From contig JAKBSJ010000002.1 in the NCBI GenBank assembly GCA_021844945.1, forward strand, positions 230,965 through 294,964: a stretch of 64,000 nt of DNA, read 5' to 3'. Source of the stretch: Thermoplasmata archaeon (GTDB lineage: Archaea; Thermoplasmatota; Thermoplasmata; Lutacidiplasmatales; UBA184). This document shows, one piece after another, positions 17,873 through 27,727 of this stretch. Position 1 is the stretch's first letter, and each line of letters opens with the position of its first letter. Below the pieces are notes generated by a model that was given only the letters and a program-made list of their open reading frames with translations, did not search any database and was not told where the DNA came from. The translations under genes were made by a program, and so were the position numbers.

Positions 17873-20064
17873 GCTACGCCGTGCGCTCGGACGCGCTGGC
17901 GAAGGCACGCGGCGCGGTCCCCTACGGCACGGACATCGAGAGCCCGGGAATGCTCTGGGGCGCTCTCGTTCTCGCGCCCATCACCCACGGTACGATCCGC
18001 TCGATCGATCTCACCGCGGCGCGGGCGATCCCCGGTGTGACCGCGATCGGCCCCGAGGATCTCCCCCGGCTTCTCCCGGGCGTGCCGACCGACCCGGAAC
18101 GACCGATCTTCCCATCCAAGACGATCCAGTACCACGCTCAGCCAATCGCCGCCGTCGCGGCGCCCACCTTCGGAGCCGCCCGTCGGGCGGCCCAAGCCGT
18201 GAAGGTCGAAACGCGCGAGCACCCTGCCGTCGAGAGCATCGACGAGGCTGCGACGGGCCCGGAGCCCGAGGTGATCGGTCATGTTCACGCACGATACGGC
18301 GATCTGGACGGGGTGTTCCGGACCGCCGACTTTGTTCTCACGGAGACGTACCGGACGAACGCGGTGTCGCAGGTGGCGCTCGAGCCCCACGCTGCGATCG
18401 CGGAGATACGGGACGATGGAACGTGGTTCGTCCGCACCTCGACCCAGAGCCCGTTCGGAGTGCGCGAGGACCTCGCCGCGATGCTGGGGATCCCTGAACC
18501 GCAGATCGTCGTCGAAGGAACGTGGGTCGGAGGCGGATTCGGCGGGAAGGGATCTTCGCTCGTGGAACCGTACGCGTTGTTGTTGGCCCGTGCGAGCGGT
18601 CGACCCGTCCGGCTCGCGCTCACCTATCGGGAGGAGTTCCTCCTGGGACGGTCGACCCTTCCCTCGCTCATTCGGCTGTCGAGCGCGGTCCGGGGCGGCA
18701 CGATCGTCGGCCGGCGCGTTCTCTGGAAGGTCGACGCCGGATCCAGCCTTCCCGGACGAGATTTCGCCACCGGCTATGGAATCGGTTTCACGGTGGGGCC
18801 CTACCGGGTCCCGGCGATCGAGCTGGAGGGGATCGCGTTGCGCACGCACAAGCCTCCGCTCGGACCCCATCGCGCTCCGCTCGCTCCGCAATGCGCATTC
18901 GCGGCGGAATCGCACATGGACCACCTCGCCCAACGCCTCGGGGTCGACTCCGTCGAGTTCCGCCGTCGGCACGTCTGGCTCTCGGGGGACGCGACACACC
19001 TGGGCCAGACGGTCGGACCGTTCGGCCTTTCGGAGTGCCTCGCCGAAGCCGGCGCCCGGGCGAGGAAATGGAGAGAGCGCCTCCCCGAGAATCATGGGAT
19101 CGGGGTGGGGGCCGGTTTCTGGTCGACCGGAACGGGTGCCGGAGGAGAAGCCCGGCTCTTCCTACAACCCGAGCGCCTGCGAATCGTGCAGGGCGAGCCC
19201 GAGATCGGGAGCGGGAGCGTGATCCGGGGGCTGGCGGCGGTGGTCGAGGTCGTCCTGGGAATCCCCCGAGAGCGGATCGAGGTCGACTACCGCGACACCG
19301 CGACCGCTCCGTTCGACTCGGGCGTGTGGGGCAGCCGCACCCTGGGCGCCCTCGGCCAAGCCGTCGAAAAGGCAGCGCGGGAGCTTCGGGCGGAGCTGGC
19401 GAAACGAACGGACGCTCCCGAAGGAGCGATCCGACTCACCGTTCAAGGTCCGGAGTTGGCCGTCGAGGTCGACGGGGTCTCCCGGCCGGTGCGCGAGATT
19501 CTCCGCCGCGACGAGATCGAGAACGGGGGTCTCACGACGTACGGCACGCACTACGGGGCGGCCGGATCGTTCGACGCCCTTCGGGTCCTGGACGGGACGT
19601 TCTACCCGTACACTGATTTCACCGGGGCGGCGCACGTCGCCGAGGTCGCGCTGGACCCTGAGCTCGGCACCGTGCACGTGGTCCGGTACGCGGCGTTCCA
19701 CGATGCGGGACGGGTGGTGGACTTCGAGACGGCCAAGGCCCAGGTCGAGGGCGGTATTGTCATGGGGCTGGGGACCGCGCTGACCGAAGAGGGCCTCTGG
19801 AGCCCGGAGGGCGTACTGCAGAACCCGGGGCTGGTCGACTACCGGATCCCGACCCTGGCCGAGGTACCTCCGATCGAAGTCCACTTCGTCGAAGGATTCC
19901 TCGGCGCCGGGCCGTTCGGTGCGAAAGGCCTCGGAGAACCGCCGATCATCCCGGTGCCCGCGACCATCGCCAACGCGGTGCGCGACGCGTGCGGAGAAGG
20001 GCCTACCGAGCTCCCGATGACCGGCGAGCGGCTCGCCCGGCATCTTAAACTTCTGAGGACGTGA
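17869..20064 (+). CDS. xanthine dehydrogenase / aldehyde oxidase family, molybdopterin (large) subunit
   Basis: ATG 17869 overlaps the upstream TGA. It has GGGFGGKG and QVALEPHAAIA and is 731 aa long. Neither the CODH form I (AYRCSFR) nor the form II (AYRGAGR) active-site loop is seen. Confidence 0.85.
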   Translation: MSYAVRSDALAKARGAVPYGTDIESPGMLWGALVLAPITHGTIRSIDLTAARAIPGVTAIGPEDLPRLLPGVPTDPERPIFPSKTIQYHAQPIAAVAAPTFGAARRAAQAVKVETREHPAVESIDEAATGPEPEVIGHVHARYGDLDGVFRTADFVLTETYRTNAVSQVALEPHAAIAEIRDDGTWFVRTSTQSPFGVREDLAAMLGIPEPQIVVEGTWVGGGFGGKGSSLVEPYALLLARASGRPVRLALTYREEFLLGRSTLPSLIRLSSAVRGGTIVGRRVLWKVDAGSSLPGRDFATGYGIGFTVGPYRVPAIELEGIALRTHKPPLGPHRAPLAPQCAFAAESHMDHLAQRLGVDSVEFRRRHVWLSGDATHLGQTVGPFGLSECLAEAGARARKWRERLPENHGIGVGAGFWSTGTGAGGEARLFLQPERLRIVQGEPEIGSGSVIRGLAAVVEVVLGIPRERIEVDYRDTATAPFDSGVWGSRTLGALGQAVEKAARELRAELAKRTDAPEGAIRLTVQGPELAVEVDGVSRPVREILRRDEIENGGLTTYGTHYGAAGSFDALRVLDGTFYPYTDFTGAAHVAEVALDPELGTVHVVRYAAFHDAGRVVDFETAKAQVEGGIVMGLGTALTEEGLWSPEGVLQNPGLVDYRIPTLAEVPPIEVHFVEGFLGAGPFGAKGLGEPPIIPVPATIANAVRDACGEGPTELPMTGERLARHLKLLRT

Positions 20065-20073
20065 CCCGTCCGC

Positions 20074-21231
20074 ATGTCGCTGGAACCGGAGGAGATCCGC
20101 GGTCTCCTCGACTCCTACCCGGATCGCCCCTGGATCGGCGCGGTCGGCTCCCATTCTGCCCTCGACATTGCGGACGGAGCGCGGCACGAGGGCTTCACGA
20201 CGCTGATCCTGGGTGAACGGGGTCGAGAGGCGACGTACTCCCGGTACTTCGCGACGCGACCGGCCGCACCGGGGCGGTCGGCGCGCGGATGCGTCGACGA
20301 GGTCTGGACCTACCCGAAGTTCCGGGACCTCGCCGCGGCCGCCGAGCAGGAACGCCTGCGCCACCGCGGCGTCCTCTTCGTGCCCAACCGAGCGTTCAGT
20401 TCCTACGTCCCGCTTCCCGCGATCGAGTCCGAGTTTCGCGTGCCGATCGTCGGATCCCGCTCGATGCTCCGGATCGAGGAACGGAGCGAGCGGGAGAACT
20501 ACTACACCCTCCTCGAGTCGGCCGACATCCCGATCCCGCGACCGATCGTCGACCCGCACGCGATCGATCGCCTCGTGATCGTGAAGCTTCCGCATGCGGT
20601 CCGACGGCTAGAGCGCGGGTTCTTCACCGCGGCGAGCTTCGAGGAGTACCAACGCAAGTCCGACCAGCTCCTCGCGCAGGGAACGATCGCGCGCGACGAC
20701 CTCGAGGGCGCGCGGATCGAGGAATACGTGCTCGGGCCGGTGTTCAACTTCAACTTCTTCTTTTCGCCGCTCGCGCCCCGCTCGGAGGGCTTGGAGCTTC
20801 TCGGTGTGGACGAACGCCGCGAGAGCAATCTCGACGGGATGGTTCGCCTACCGGCCGACCAACAGCTCGAGCTTCCCCCGGGGATGCGGATCCCCGAGTA
20901 CACGGTCGTGGGCCACGGAAGCCTGACCGTGCGCGAATCGATCCTGGAGGAGGCGTTCCGCCTCGGCGAGAGGTTCGTCGACGCGAGCCGGACGCGCTAC
21001 CCGCCGGGGATCGTCGGGCCGTTCTGCCTGCAGACCTGCATCGACCGGAACGGCCACCTCACCGTTTTCGACGTCGCGGTCCGAATCGGAGGCGGCACGA
21101 ACATCCATCTCTCCCTCGGCCACCCGTATGGCAACGCGCTCTACCACGAGCCGATGAGCTCAGGGCGTCGCATCGCTCGCGAGATCCGGCTCGCGCTGGA
21201 CACCGACCGCCTCCCGGAGATCGTTACATGA
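20074..21231 (+). CDS. purP: FAICAR synthetase (formate-dependent, ATP-grasp, archaeal PurP)
   Basis: It has IGAVGSHSALDIADGARHEGF.TLILGERGRE.TYSRYF and VGPFCLQTCID...VFDVAVRIGGGTN. Confidence 0.8.
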   Translation: MSLEPEEIRGLLDSYPDRPWIGAVGSHSALDIADGARHEGFTTLILGERGREATYSRYFATRPAAPGRSARGCVDEVWTYPKFRDLAAAAEQERLRHRGVLFVPNRAFSSYVPLPAIESEFRVPIVGSRSMLRIEERSERENYYTLLESADIPIPRPIVDPHAIDRLVIVKLPHAVRRLERGFFTAASFEEYQRKSDQLLAQGTIARDDLEGARIEEYVLGPVFNFNFFFSPLAPRSEGLELLGVDERRESNLDGMVRLPADQQLELPPGMRIPEYTVVGHGSLTVRESILEEAFRLGERFVDASRTRYPPGIVGPFCLQTCIDRNGHLTVFDVAVRIGGGTNIHLSLGHPYGNALYHEPMSSGRRIAREIRLALDTDRLPEIVT

Positions 21232-22409
21232 ACGCCGGGCCTGCCGCGGCACCGTTGTTGCGAACGCCGCTGTATGACTTCCACGTCGCGCACGGAGCGC
21301 ACTTCGTGCCGTTCAACGGGTGGGAGATGCCGCTCTACTATTCCAGCATCCTCGCCGAGCACGCCGCCGTCCGCTCGGGCGTCGGGTTCTTCGACGTCGG
21401 ACACATGGGCATCCTCACCGTGGAGGGCTCCACGGCCGCGGCCCTATTGTCGCGTCGGACGACCGCCAACGTCGAGCGCCTCGTGCCGGGCCAGGCGCAC
21501 TACACGTTCTTCCTCGAGCTGACGGGCCACATCGTCGACGACCTGTTGATCACTCGGCTCGACCGCGGGACATCTCCGGTGCGCACCTTCCTCGCGGTTC
21601 CGAACGCAGGACGCGCGTTCGAGATCGAGTCCATCCTCCAGCAGCATCGCCACCCGGACGTGACGATCCGCCGATGGAACGGCGCGGTGACGATCATCGC
21701 GGTGCAGGGACCGGGCTCTCGCCGCCTCCTCGAGACCTTGATGAATTGGTCGTTGGCCCCCCTCAAGTTCTACACGAGCCGCTTCTATCCGGACCCGGCC
21801 CCCTCGGGAGCGTCCTCCGAAGGGATCGTCGGAGGCGCGATCCCCGGCGACCTTGCGCACGGGATCTTCGTGAGCCGGACCGGCTACACGGGCGAGCTCG
21901 GCTACGAGCTGTACGTTCCCGGCCCGCGCGCGATCCCGATCGCCGAGGCCCTCACCCGCGCGGGCGCTGTCCCCTGCGGACTGGGCGCGCGCGACACGCT
22001 CCGGCTGGAGAAGGGCTTCCTTCTTTCCGGGCAGGAGTTCTCGCGGGACCGGTCTCCGATCGAGGCCGGCCAGGACCGGTTCGTCGAGCTCGACCACCCG
22101 TTCGTGGGTCGACCGACCATCGACAAGGAGGTCGCCGAGGGGACCCCCGAGCGGCTCGTGGGGCTGACGGTGACGGAGCCGGGGGCCATTCCACGCCACG
22201 GGACCCCGATCCGGCACGACGGCACGGCCATTGGCACGCTCACCAGCGGAGGTTTGTCTCCGAGCCTGCATGTGGGCATCGCGCTCGCCTACCTTCCGAA
22301 GGAACTGACGAGGCCCGGCACGGTGGTGGAGCTCGAGCTTCGAGGAAGATGGGTGCCGGCCACGGTCACCCGGCTCCCGTTCGTGCCGGCCGCCCCTCCG
22401 TCGAAATGA
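21228..22409 (+). CDS. gcvT: glycine cleavage system T protein (aminomethyltransferase)
   Basis: It has TPLYDFHVAHGAHFVPFNGWEMPLYYSSILAEHAAVRSGVGFFDVGHMG. There is an ATGA overlap with purP. Confidence 0.9.
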   Translation: MNAGPAAAPLLRTPLYDFHVAHGAHFVPFNGWEMPLYYSSILAEHAAVRSGVGFFDVGHMGILTVEGSTAAALLSRRTTANVERLVPGQAHYTFFLELTGHIVDDLLITRLDRGTSPVRTFLAVPNAGRAFEIESILQQHRHPDVTIRRWNGAVTIIAVQGPGSRRLLETLMNWSLAPLKFYTSRFYPDPAPSGASSEGIVGGAIPGDLAHGIFVSRTGYTGELGYELYVPGPRAIPIAEALTRAGAVPCGLGARDTLRLEKGFLLSGQEFSRDRSPIEAGQDRFVELDHPFVGRPTIDKEVAEGTPERLVGLTVTEPGAIPRHGTPIRHDGTAIGTLTSGGLSPSLHVGIALAYLPKELTRPGTVVELELRGRWVPATVTRLPFVPAAPPSK

Positions 22410-23296
22410 GCCGCGTGCGTTCGGTCCGGAGGCCGCACCCCTCCGAGCTCGCCCGAGCGGTCGCGTCGGCGCTCGACGAGGACCGCTTCCGGGACGATCG
22501 GACGACGAGGGCGCTCGGCATCGGCGCGGTCCCCGTCGAGGGTCGGGTGATCGCTCAGGCCCGCGGAGTGCTCTCAGGAATGTCGGCGGCCCGAGAGGTC
22601 GCGCGCCGGGCCGGTCTGGCCGTCGTGCGCGCGCGGGCCGACGGGTCCGCCGTCCGGCCCGGGACGGAGGTACTGCGGCTGCGCGGGCGCGCCCGCGCGA
22701 TCCTCGGAGCCGAGCGGACCTTGCTCAACTATCTCATGCACCTGTCGGGAGTTGCGACCGCCACTGCGAGGGCCGTCGCGGCCGGTCGTCGCGCCCGTCC
22801 CCCGCTCGAGGTCTGGGGGACCCGCAAGACGCTGCCCGGCCTGAGGGACCTAGAGAAGAAGGCGATCGTGGACGGCGGGGGACGCCCGCACCGTCGCGAT
22901 CTCTCCGACGCGATCCTGGTGAAGAACACCCATCTCGCCCTCCTCCCGTTGCCCCGCGCTCTGGCTCGCCTGCCGCTCGCGCACGACTCTGCGATGCGGG
23001 TTGAGGTGGAGGTCCGCACCGCGCGCGAGGCCATCGCTGTCGCCCGCGCGGGGGTGCGAGCAATTCTAATCGACAACGCATCCCCGAACACGGCCCGGGC
23101 GATCGTCCGAGCGCTCGATCGGGCCGGCCTACGTCGCGGGGTGTTCATCGAGCTCTCCGGTGGGATCACTCCGGAACGCGTGGGGCGATACCGACGAGTG
23201 GGCGCGGACGCCGTGAGCATCGGGGCCCTCTCCCATTCGGCGGCGGCCCTCCCGTTCCACCTCGAACTGGTCGCCCGCGCCCCACCGCCGAGTTAA
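22406..23296 (+). CDS. nadC: nicotinate-nucleotide pyrophosphorylase (quinolinate phosphoribosyltransferase)
   Basis: It has AERTLLNYLMHLSGVAT, GTRKTLPGLRDLEKKAIVDGGG..HR and ILVKNTH. There is an ATGA overlap with gcvT. Confidence 0.85.
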   Translation: MSRVRSVRRPHPSELARAVASALDEDRFRDDRTTRALGIGAVPVEGRVIAQARGVLSGMSAAREVARRAGLAVVRARADGSAVRPGTEVLRLRGRARAILGAERTLLNYLMHLSGVATATARAVAAGRRARPPLEVWGTRKTLPGLRDLEKKAIVDGGGRPHRRDLSDAILVKNTHLALLPLPRALARLPLAHDSAMRVEVEVRTAREAIAVARAGVRAILIDNASPNTARAIVRALDRAGLRRGVFIELSGGITPERVGRYRRVGADAVSIGALSHSAAALPFHLELVARAPPPS

Positions 23297-23326
23297 GAGG
23301 CCCTGCGGGCTATTTTTGGTAGCGAG

Positions 23327-24247
23327 GTGCCGATGTCGGTTGAGGAGGAGGTGCGCCGGCTGAAGGAAGAACGCAATGCCGTGCTGCTCGCCCACAACTA
23401 TCAGCTCCCCGAGGTCCAGGACATCGCGGACTACGTCGGCGACTCCCTCTACCTTTCCCGGCAGGCGATGGAGACGGACCGGCCGGTGATCGTCTTCGCG
23501 GGGGTGCGGTTCATGGCCGAGACCGCCAAGATCCTCAACCCGACGAAGACGGTCCTCCTTCCCGATCTCACGGCCGGCTGCAGCCTCGCCGACGCGATCA
23601 CCGCGGAACAGCTGCGCACGTGGAAGTCCGAGCACCCCGGCGCCGTGGTCGTCTCCTACGTCAACACCTCGGCCGAGGTGAAGGCGGAGAGCGACTATTG
23701 CTGCACGAGCTCGAACGCGGTCCGGGTCGTCAACTCGATCCCGGCCGATCGGGAGATCCTCTTCCTCCCCGACATGTTCCTCGGCGACTACGTGCGCACG
23801 CAGACCGGCCGCACGTCGCGCACGATGCACCTGTGGCCAGCGGACTGCCACGTACACGGCCGGATTCGGCCCGAGATGATCGCCCACCTGCGCTCCGAGC
23901 ACCCCGGCGCCCCCCTGATCGCCCACCCCGAGTGCGGGTGCGCTTCCGAGTCACTCCCCCACGTGGACCAGGTCCTGTCGACCGACGGCATGGTCCGTTT
24001 CGCGAAGGAAACGAAGGCGCCCGAGGTCCTGGTCGCGACGGAGGTCGGTATCCTGCACCGGATGCGGCAGCTCAATCCCACGACCCGGTTCACTCCGGTC
24101 GACGCGGGCGCGATCTGCCCGTTCATGAAGAAGACCCATCTCGCGGACGTGCGGGACGCGTTGAAGCTCAACCGCTACGAGATCGACGTGCGGCCGGACG
24201 TGGCCGAGCGCGCGCGCCGGGCGCTCGAGCGCATGGTCGCGTCCTGA
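23327..24247 (+). CDS. nadA: quinolinate synthase
   Basis: It has LLAHNYQLPEVQDIADYVGDSL.LSRQA, VRFMAETAKILNP and HPEC. Confidence 0.9.
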   Translation: MPMSVEEEVRRLKEERNAVLLAHNYQLPEVQDIADYVGDSLYLSRQAMETDRPVIVFAGVRFMAETAKILNPTKTVLLPDLTAGCSLADAITAEQLRTWKSEHPGAVVVSYVNTSAEVKAESDYCCTSSNAVRVVNSIPADREILFLPDMFLGDYVRTQTGRTSRTMHLWPADCHVHGRIRPEMIAHLRSEHPGAPLIAHPECGCASESLPHVDQVLSTDGMVRFAKETKAPEVLVATEVGILHRMRQLNPTTRFTPVDAGAICPFMKKTHLADVRDALKLNRYEIDVRPDVAERARRALERMVAS

Positions 24248-25917
24248 CCGGGGCGCGCGGACGCCGGCGATTCGAGGTCCGCGAGGCGGAGCGCGTTGCC
24301 CACGTCGGACGCTTTCGCCCAGGCCCGCCGCGCGAACCCGAGCGAGATCGGTCCGGTCGGATCTTCGGGCGGTCGGTCGAAGCCCGTGGCGACGTGAACG
24401 GCCCCGCCGCGCCGCAACAACTCGCGCGCCCCGTCCGAGTCGAGCCGTTCTGGGCCCGGTCCCACCTCGATCCAGAGGCCGTGGGAGGCTGCGAAGGCGA
24501 GCCACCCCTCCCAACGCTCTCGCTCCGCCGCATCGTCCGGCGCCGGTCCGAGGTGGCTGACGAGGCGCCAGCCGGTTCCGAGACGTTGTGTCGCCGGAGG
24601 TGGGGGTCCTTGGGCTCGCAGCACTCGGAAGTCGACCTCTCGGTCCGCCTCTCCGTTCGTGACGGTCGCGAATTCTCCCCCGACGAGCACCCGAGCCTCG
24701 CCGGGCCGTCGCCGCTCCCGACGGACGGCGAGGCGCTGACGGGTCTCCGCCGGGAGCTCGGCCGGATGGCCCTCCTCGTCCGTTCCGTGCACGAGGATGC
24801 CCACGTAGTCGAGCCGACGCCGTCGGGCCTCGGCGAGAGCTCGATCGAGGTCGTCCGGGGTCGCATCGGCCGCCAGGCGACCGTGCCAATCCCCCCGGAG
24901 GTCCGCGAGCTCGACGAGCTGAGGGACCGAATCCGTGGTGGCGAGGTCGATCTCGCCGCGGTCCTCGCGCATTTCGGGCGGGATCCAGCTCAGGCCGATG
25001 GCGTCGTAGACATCGTACTCCGTTCGGCCGGCGATCCGCCGCTCGCCGCGATAGACGCCGTACTCATTGACCTTGAGCCCGAGGTCCTTGGCGAGCGTGC
25101 GCAATCGCACGTTGTGGTCCTTGGAGCCGGTGAAATAGACGAGCGCGGCGCCGTAGGACTCGAGGTCGACCACCCGCACGTCCACCTGCAGCCCGCCCTC
25201 GAGGACCACGGTCATCTTGGTGTCGCCCCGCAGCAGGACGTCCAGGACGTCGGGTCCCTGGGCGACACGGTCGAAGACCTCCGTGGACCGCCGGCTCCCC
25301 ACCAGAAGGTCCACGTCGCCGATCGTCTCCCGGCATCGACGCAGGCTCCCGGCGATCTCGGCCCGTTCCTCCCCCGTCAGGCGCTCGCGGATCGCGGCGA
25401 CCAGCCGCTGGGCCCGAGGCCATGCTTCGGCGATCGGGGTGCGGGCTCCGGCCGGCCGGGCTCCCGCGGCCTCGCGGAACTGGGCGATCTTGCGCTCGCC
25501 GAACCCTTTCGCTCCGGACAGCCGCCCCGCGTCGATCGCCGTTCGGAGTGCCGAGGGGCTCTCTACCCGGAACTCGATCCAGAGGCGTCGCGCCGTCTTA
25601 GGGCCGATGCCGGGTAGCCGCATCAGCTGGACGACGCCGGTGGGTATCTCGGTCCGGAGCTGATCCAGGTATCCTAGGCGGCCGGTGGCAAGGAACTCGG
25701 TCAGCTTCTCCGAGATCGCTTCGCCAATCCCCGGGATGGCGCGCAGTTCGCCGCGATCGGCGTACTTCGAGAGCGGCTCCGGAAGGGACTCGATGGAACG
25801 AGCGGCCCGGCGATACGCCTCGGGCTTGAACTGCTCCCCCTGGAGATCGAGCAGGTCGGCGATCGACCGAAGGAGCTCGGCAGCTTCCGTGTTAGAGACC
25901 ATGGCCGAAAGGCGCAT
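24175..25917 (-). CDS. polX: family X DNA polymerase with C-terminal PHP domain
   Basis: The N-terminus NTEAAELLRSIADLLDLQGEQFKPEAYRRAARSI and HhH motifs (IPGIGEAISEKL; LPGIGPKTARRL) are present, with a PHP-like C-half. The 3' end overlaps nadA by 73 nt (convergent). Confidence 0.85.
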   Translation of the reverse strand: MRLSAMVSNTEAAELLRSIADLLDLQGEQFKPEAYRRAARSIESLPEPLSKYADRGELRAIPGIGEAISEKLTEFLATGRLGYLDQLRTEIPTGVVQLMRLPGIGPKTARRLWIEFRVESPSALRTAIDAGRLSGAKGFGERKIAQFREAAGARPAGARTPIAEAWPRAQRLVAAIRERLTGEERAEIAGSLRRCRETIGDVDLLVGSRRSTEVFDRVAQGPDVLDVLLRGDTKMTVVLEGGLQVDVRVVDLESYGAALVYFTGSKDHNVRLRTLAKDLGLKVNEYGVYRGERRIAGRTEYDVYDAIGLSWIPPEMREDRGEIDLATTDSVPQLVELADLRGDWHGRLAADATPDDLDRALAEARRRRLDYVGILVHGTDEEGHPAELPAETRQRLAVRRERRRPGEARVLVGGEFATVTNGEADREVDFRVLRAQGPPPPATQRLGTGWRLVSHLGPAPDDAAERERWEGWLAFAASHGLWIEVGPGPERLDSDGARELLRRGGAVHVATGFDRPPEDPTGPISLGFARRAWAKASDVGNALRLADLESPASARPGQDATMRSSARRARSATSGRTSIS

Positions 25918-25929
25918 GGTTCACCCCTC

Positions 25930-26754
25930 CTAACGGTCGTCGCTCCCCCTCTTCCGGCGAGCGGCCGGTGGTTCGGCCGCCTCGATCCAAGCGATCCGGT
26001 CCACGAACTCGAATCCGAGCCGATCATAGACGCGTCGAGCCCCGAGGTTCTCCTCCCGTACGTAGAGCGCGGCGGGGGCTCCCGCGCGTCGGGCCGCCTC
26101 CATTCCGAAGGCGGTGAGAGCCCGTCCCAGCCCCTGACCGCGGGCGCGTTCCTCAACGAAGATCCCGTTGAGGACCCATACCTCGGGAAGCCGGACCGAC
26201 GCGAACGCGATCCCGATCGGCCGAGACCCGTCCCACGCGGCCCAAACGAAGCGACGGTCCGGGTCGAATTGGAACTGTGCGTAGCCTTGCACGAACACGT
26301 CCCCGTGATGGGCGGCCCAGTCCCGGATCGATGGGGCATCCTCGGCTCCGACAGTCCGCACCCGAGGGTCTCCGCTCCCGGGGACCTCGGCGGTGGGTCG
26401 CGCGATCAACCGATCGATGACCGACCAACGTACCGGCCCTCGGGCGGCTTCCACGATCGCCACGCACTCGTCCGACCCCCCGACGGTCAGCGGGCGCGGA
26501 GGCAGGTATTCGGCGAGAGCTCGGGTGATCCTCGGGTCCCCGACCCAATGGACGACCGGATGGGCCGGCTCTCCCAGCCAAATGAGGAGGTATCCCAGCG
26601 GCGAACGCTCGGGTCCGCAGGAATAGACCCGGATCCGCTCGGGTTCCCACGTGACGTCCCACGCCGCCAACGCGTGTCGTACGGGTTCTACTCGGACCGC
26701 ATGCGCGAGCCAATCCCGATCGATGCCGGCACGGACCGTTGGCTCGCCCGTCAT
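25930..26754 (-). CDS. GNAT family N-acetyltransferase
   Basis: The C-terminal acetyl-CoA motif is IFVEERARGQGLGRALT......ALYVREENLGARRVYDRLGFEF. Confidence 0.75.
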   Translation of the reverse strand: MTGEPTVRAGIDRDWLAHAVRVEPVRHALAAWDVTWEPERIRVYSCGPERSPLGYLLIWLGEPAHPVVHWVGDPRITRALAEYLPPRPLTVGGSDECVAIVEAARGPVRWSVIDRLIARPTAEVPGSGDPRVRTVGAEDAPSIRDWAAHHGDVFVQGYAQFQFDPDRRFVWAAWDGSRPIGIAFASVRLPEVWVLNGIFVEERARGQGLGRALTAFGMEAARRAGAPAALYVREENLGARRVYDRLGFEFVDRIAWIEAAEPPAARRKRGSDDR

Positions 26755-26854
26755 CGAGCTCCCTCCCGCAAGAGCGCGGGCCTATCGAAGAGGTCTGCGG
26801 CGTCGTTCCGGCCCGTACGTAACCGTAAACGCGGGGATCCGACCTTCCGGATCC

Positions 26855-27727
26855 GTGGTACGAGCGCACCGTCCGAGCCCGGAGCTCGCCGTCCATCTCG
26901 CGACGCTCTACGACCGCTTCCCGTTCCCGCGCTCCTTCTCGGACGATCCCATCGCAGAGATCCGGACGTACAGCACGGACCGGCGTCATGCGGAGGTGAC
27001 CGCTCTCTACGGCGCCACGCTCGCGACCGGGAACGCTACGGCGATCCGGGGATCGATCCGCACGCTGGTCGCTCTCGCCGGCGGCGATCTCGTCGACGCG
27101 GTCCGGGTTGGCGGAGATCCGGATCCATGGCGGACGTTCCGTCACCGGTGGATTCGAGGGGACCAGATGGCCCACCTCGCTCGCCGACTCCATGCGATCT
27201 ACGACTCCTACGACTCGCTCGAGGACGTCTTCCTCGAGGGGATGGAAAAGGACGGTTTCGCGAGCGGGATCGACGCCCTCGCCCAAGCCCTACGGGGCCC
27301 GGGCGAGGGTCCGAGAGCCCCGCGAGGCTACCGCGCCCTCTTCCCGAGCCCCCTCGATCCCCATCACAGTCCGGCCAAACGCCTCACGCTGTACCTGCGC
27401 TGGATGGTGCGGGACCGGTTCCCGGACTTCGGCATCTGGAAGCGGGTGCCGATGAACGAACTACGAGTACCGCTGGACCAGCACGTCTTCTGGATCGCCT
27501 ACCACCTGGGCCTCACCCAGCGACGGACGCGGACATGGGCGACCGTCGAGGAGGTCACGGCCGCCCTGCGTCGGATCGATCCGGTCGACCCCATCCGCTT
27601 CGACTTCGTCCTGTGCCACACCGGGATCAGCGGAGATTGCCCGAAGCGACGGGACATCACCGTGTGCGGCCCGTGCGTGGTGCGGCCGGACTGCCGGATG
27701 TGGCGTTCCGTGCGGGAGGCATCGTGA
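26855..27727 (+). CDS. TIGR02757/DUF2400 family protein
   Basis: It has YSTDRRHAEVTALYGATLATGNA, AKRLTLYLRWMVR, VPLDQHV and a C-terminal Cys cluster (HTGISGDCPKRRDITVCGPCVVRPDC). The start is set at in-frame GTG 26855 to clear the divergent GNAT gene, and it is uncertain. Confidence 0.55.
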   Translation: MVRAHRPSPELAVHLATLYDRFPFPRSFSDDPIAEIRTYSTDRRHAEVTALYGATLATGNATAIRGSIRTLVALAGGDLVDAVRVGGDPDPWRTFRHRWIRGDQMAHLARRLHAIYDSYDSLEDVFLEGMEKDGFASGIDALAQALRGPGEGPRAPRGYRALFPSPLDPHHSPAKRLTLYLRWMVRDRFPDFGIWKRVPMNELRVPLDQHVFWIAYHLGLTQRRTRTWATVEEVTAALRRIDPVDPIRFDFVLCHTGISGDCPKRRDITVCGPCVVRPDCRMWRSVREAS

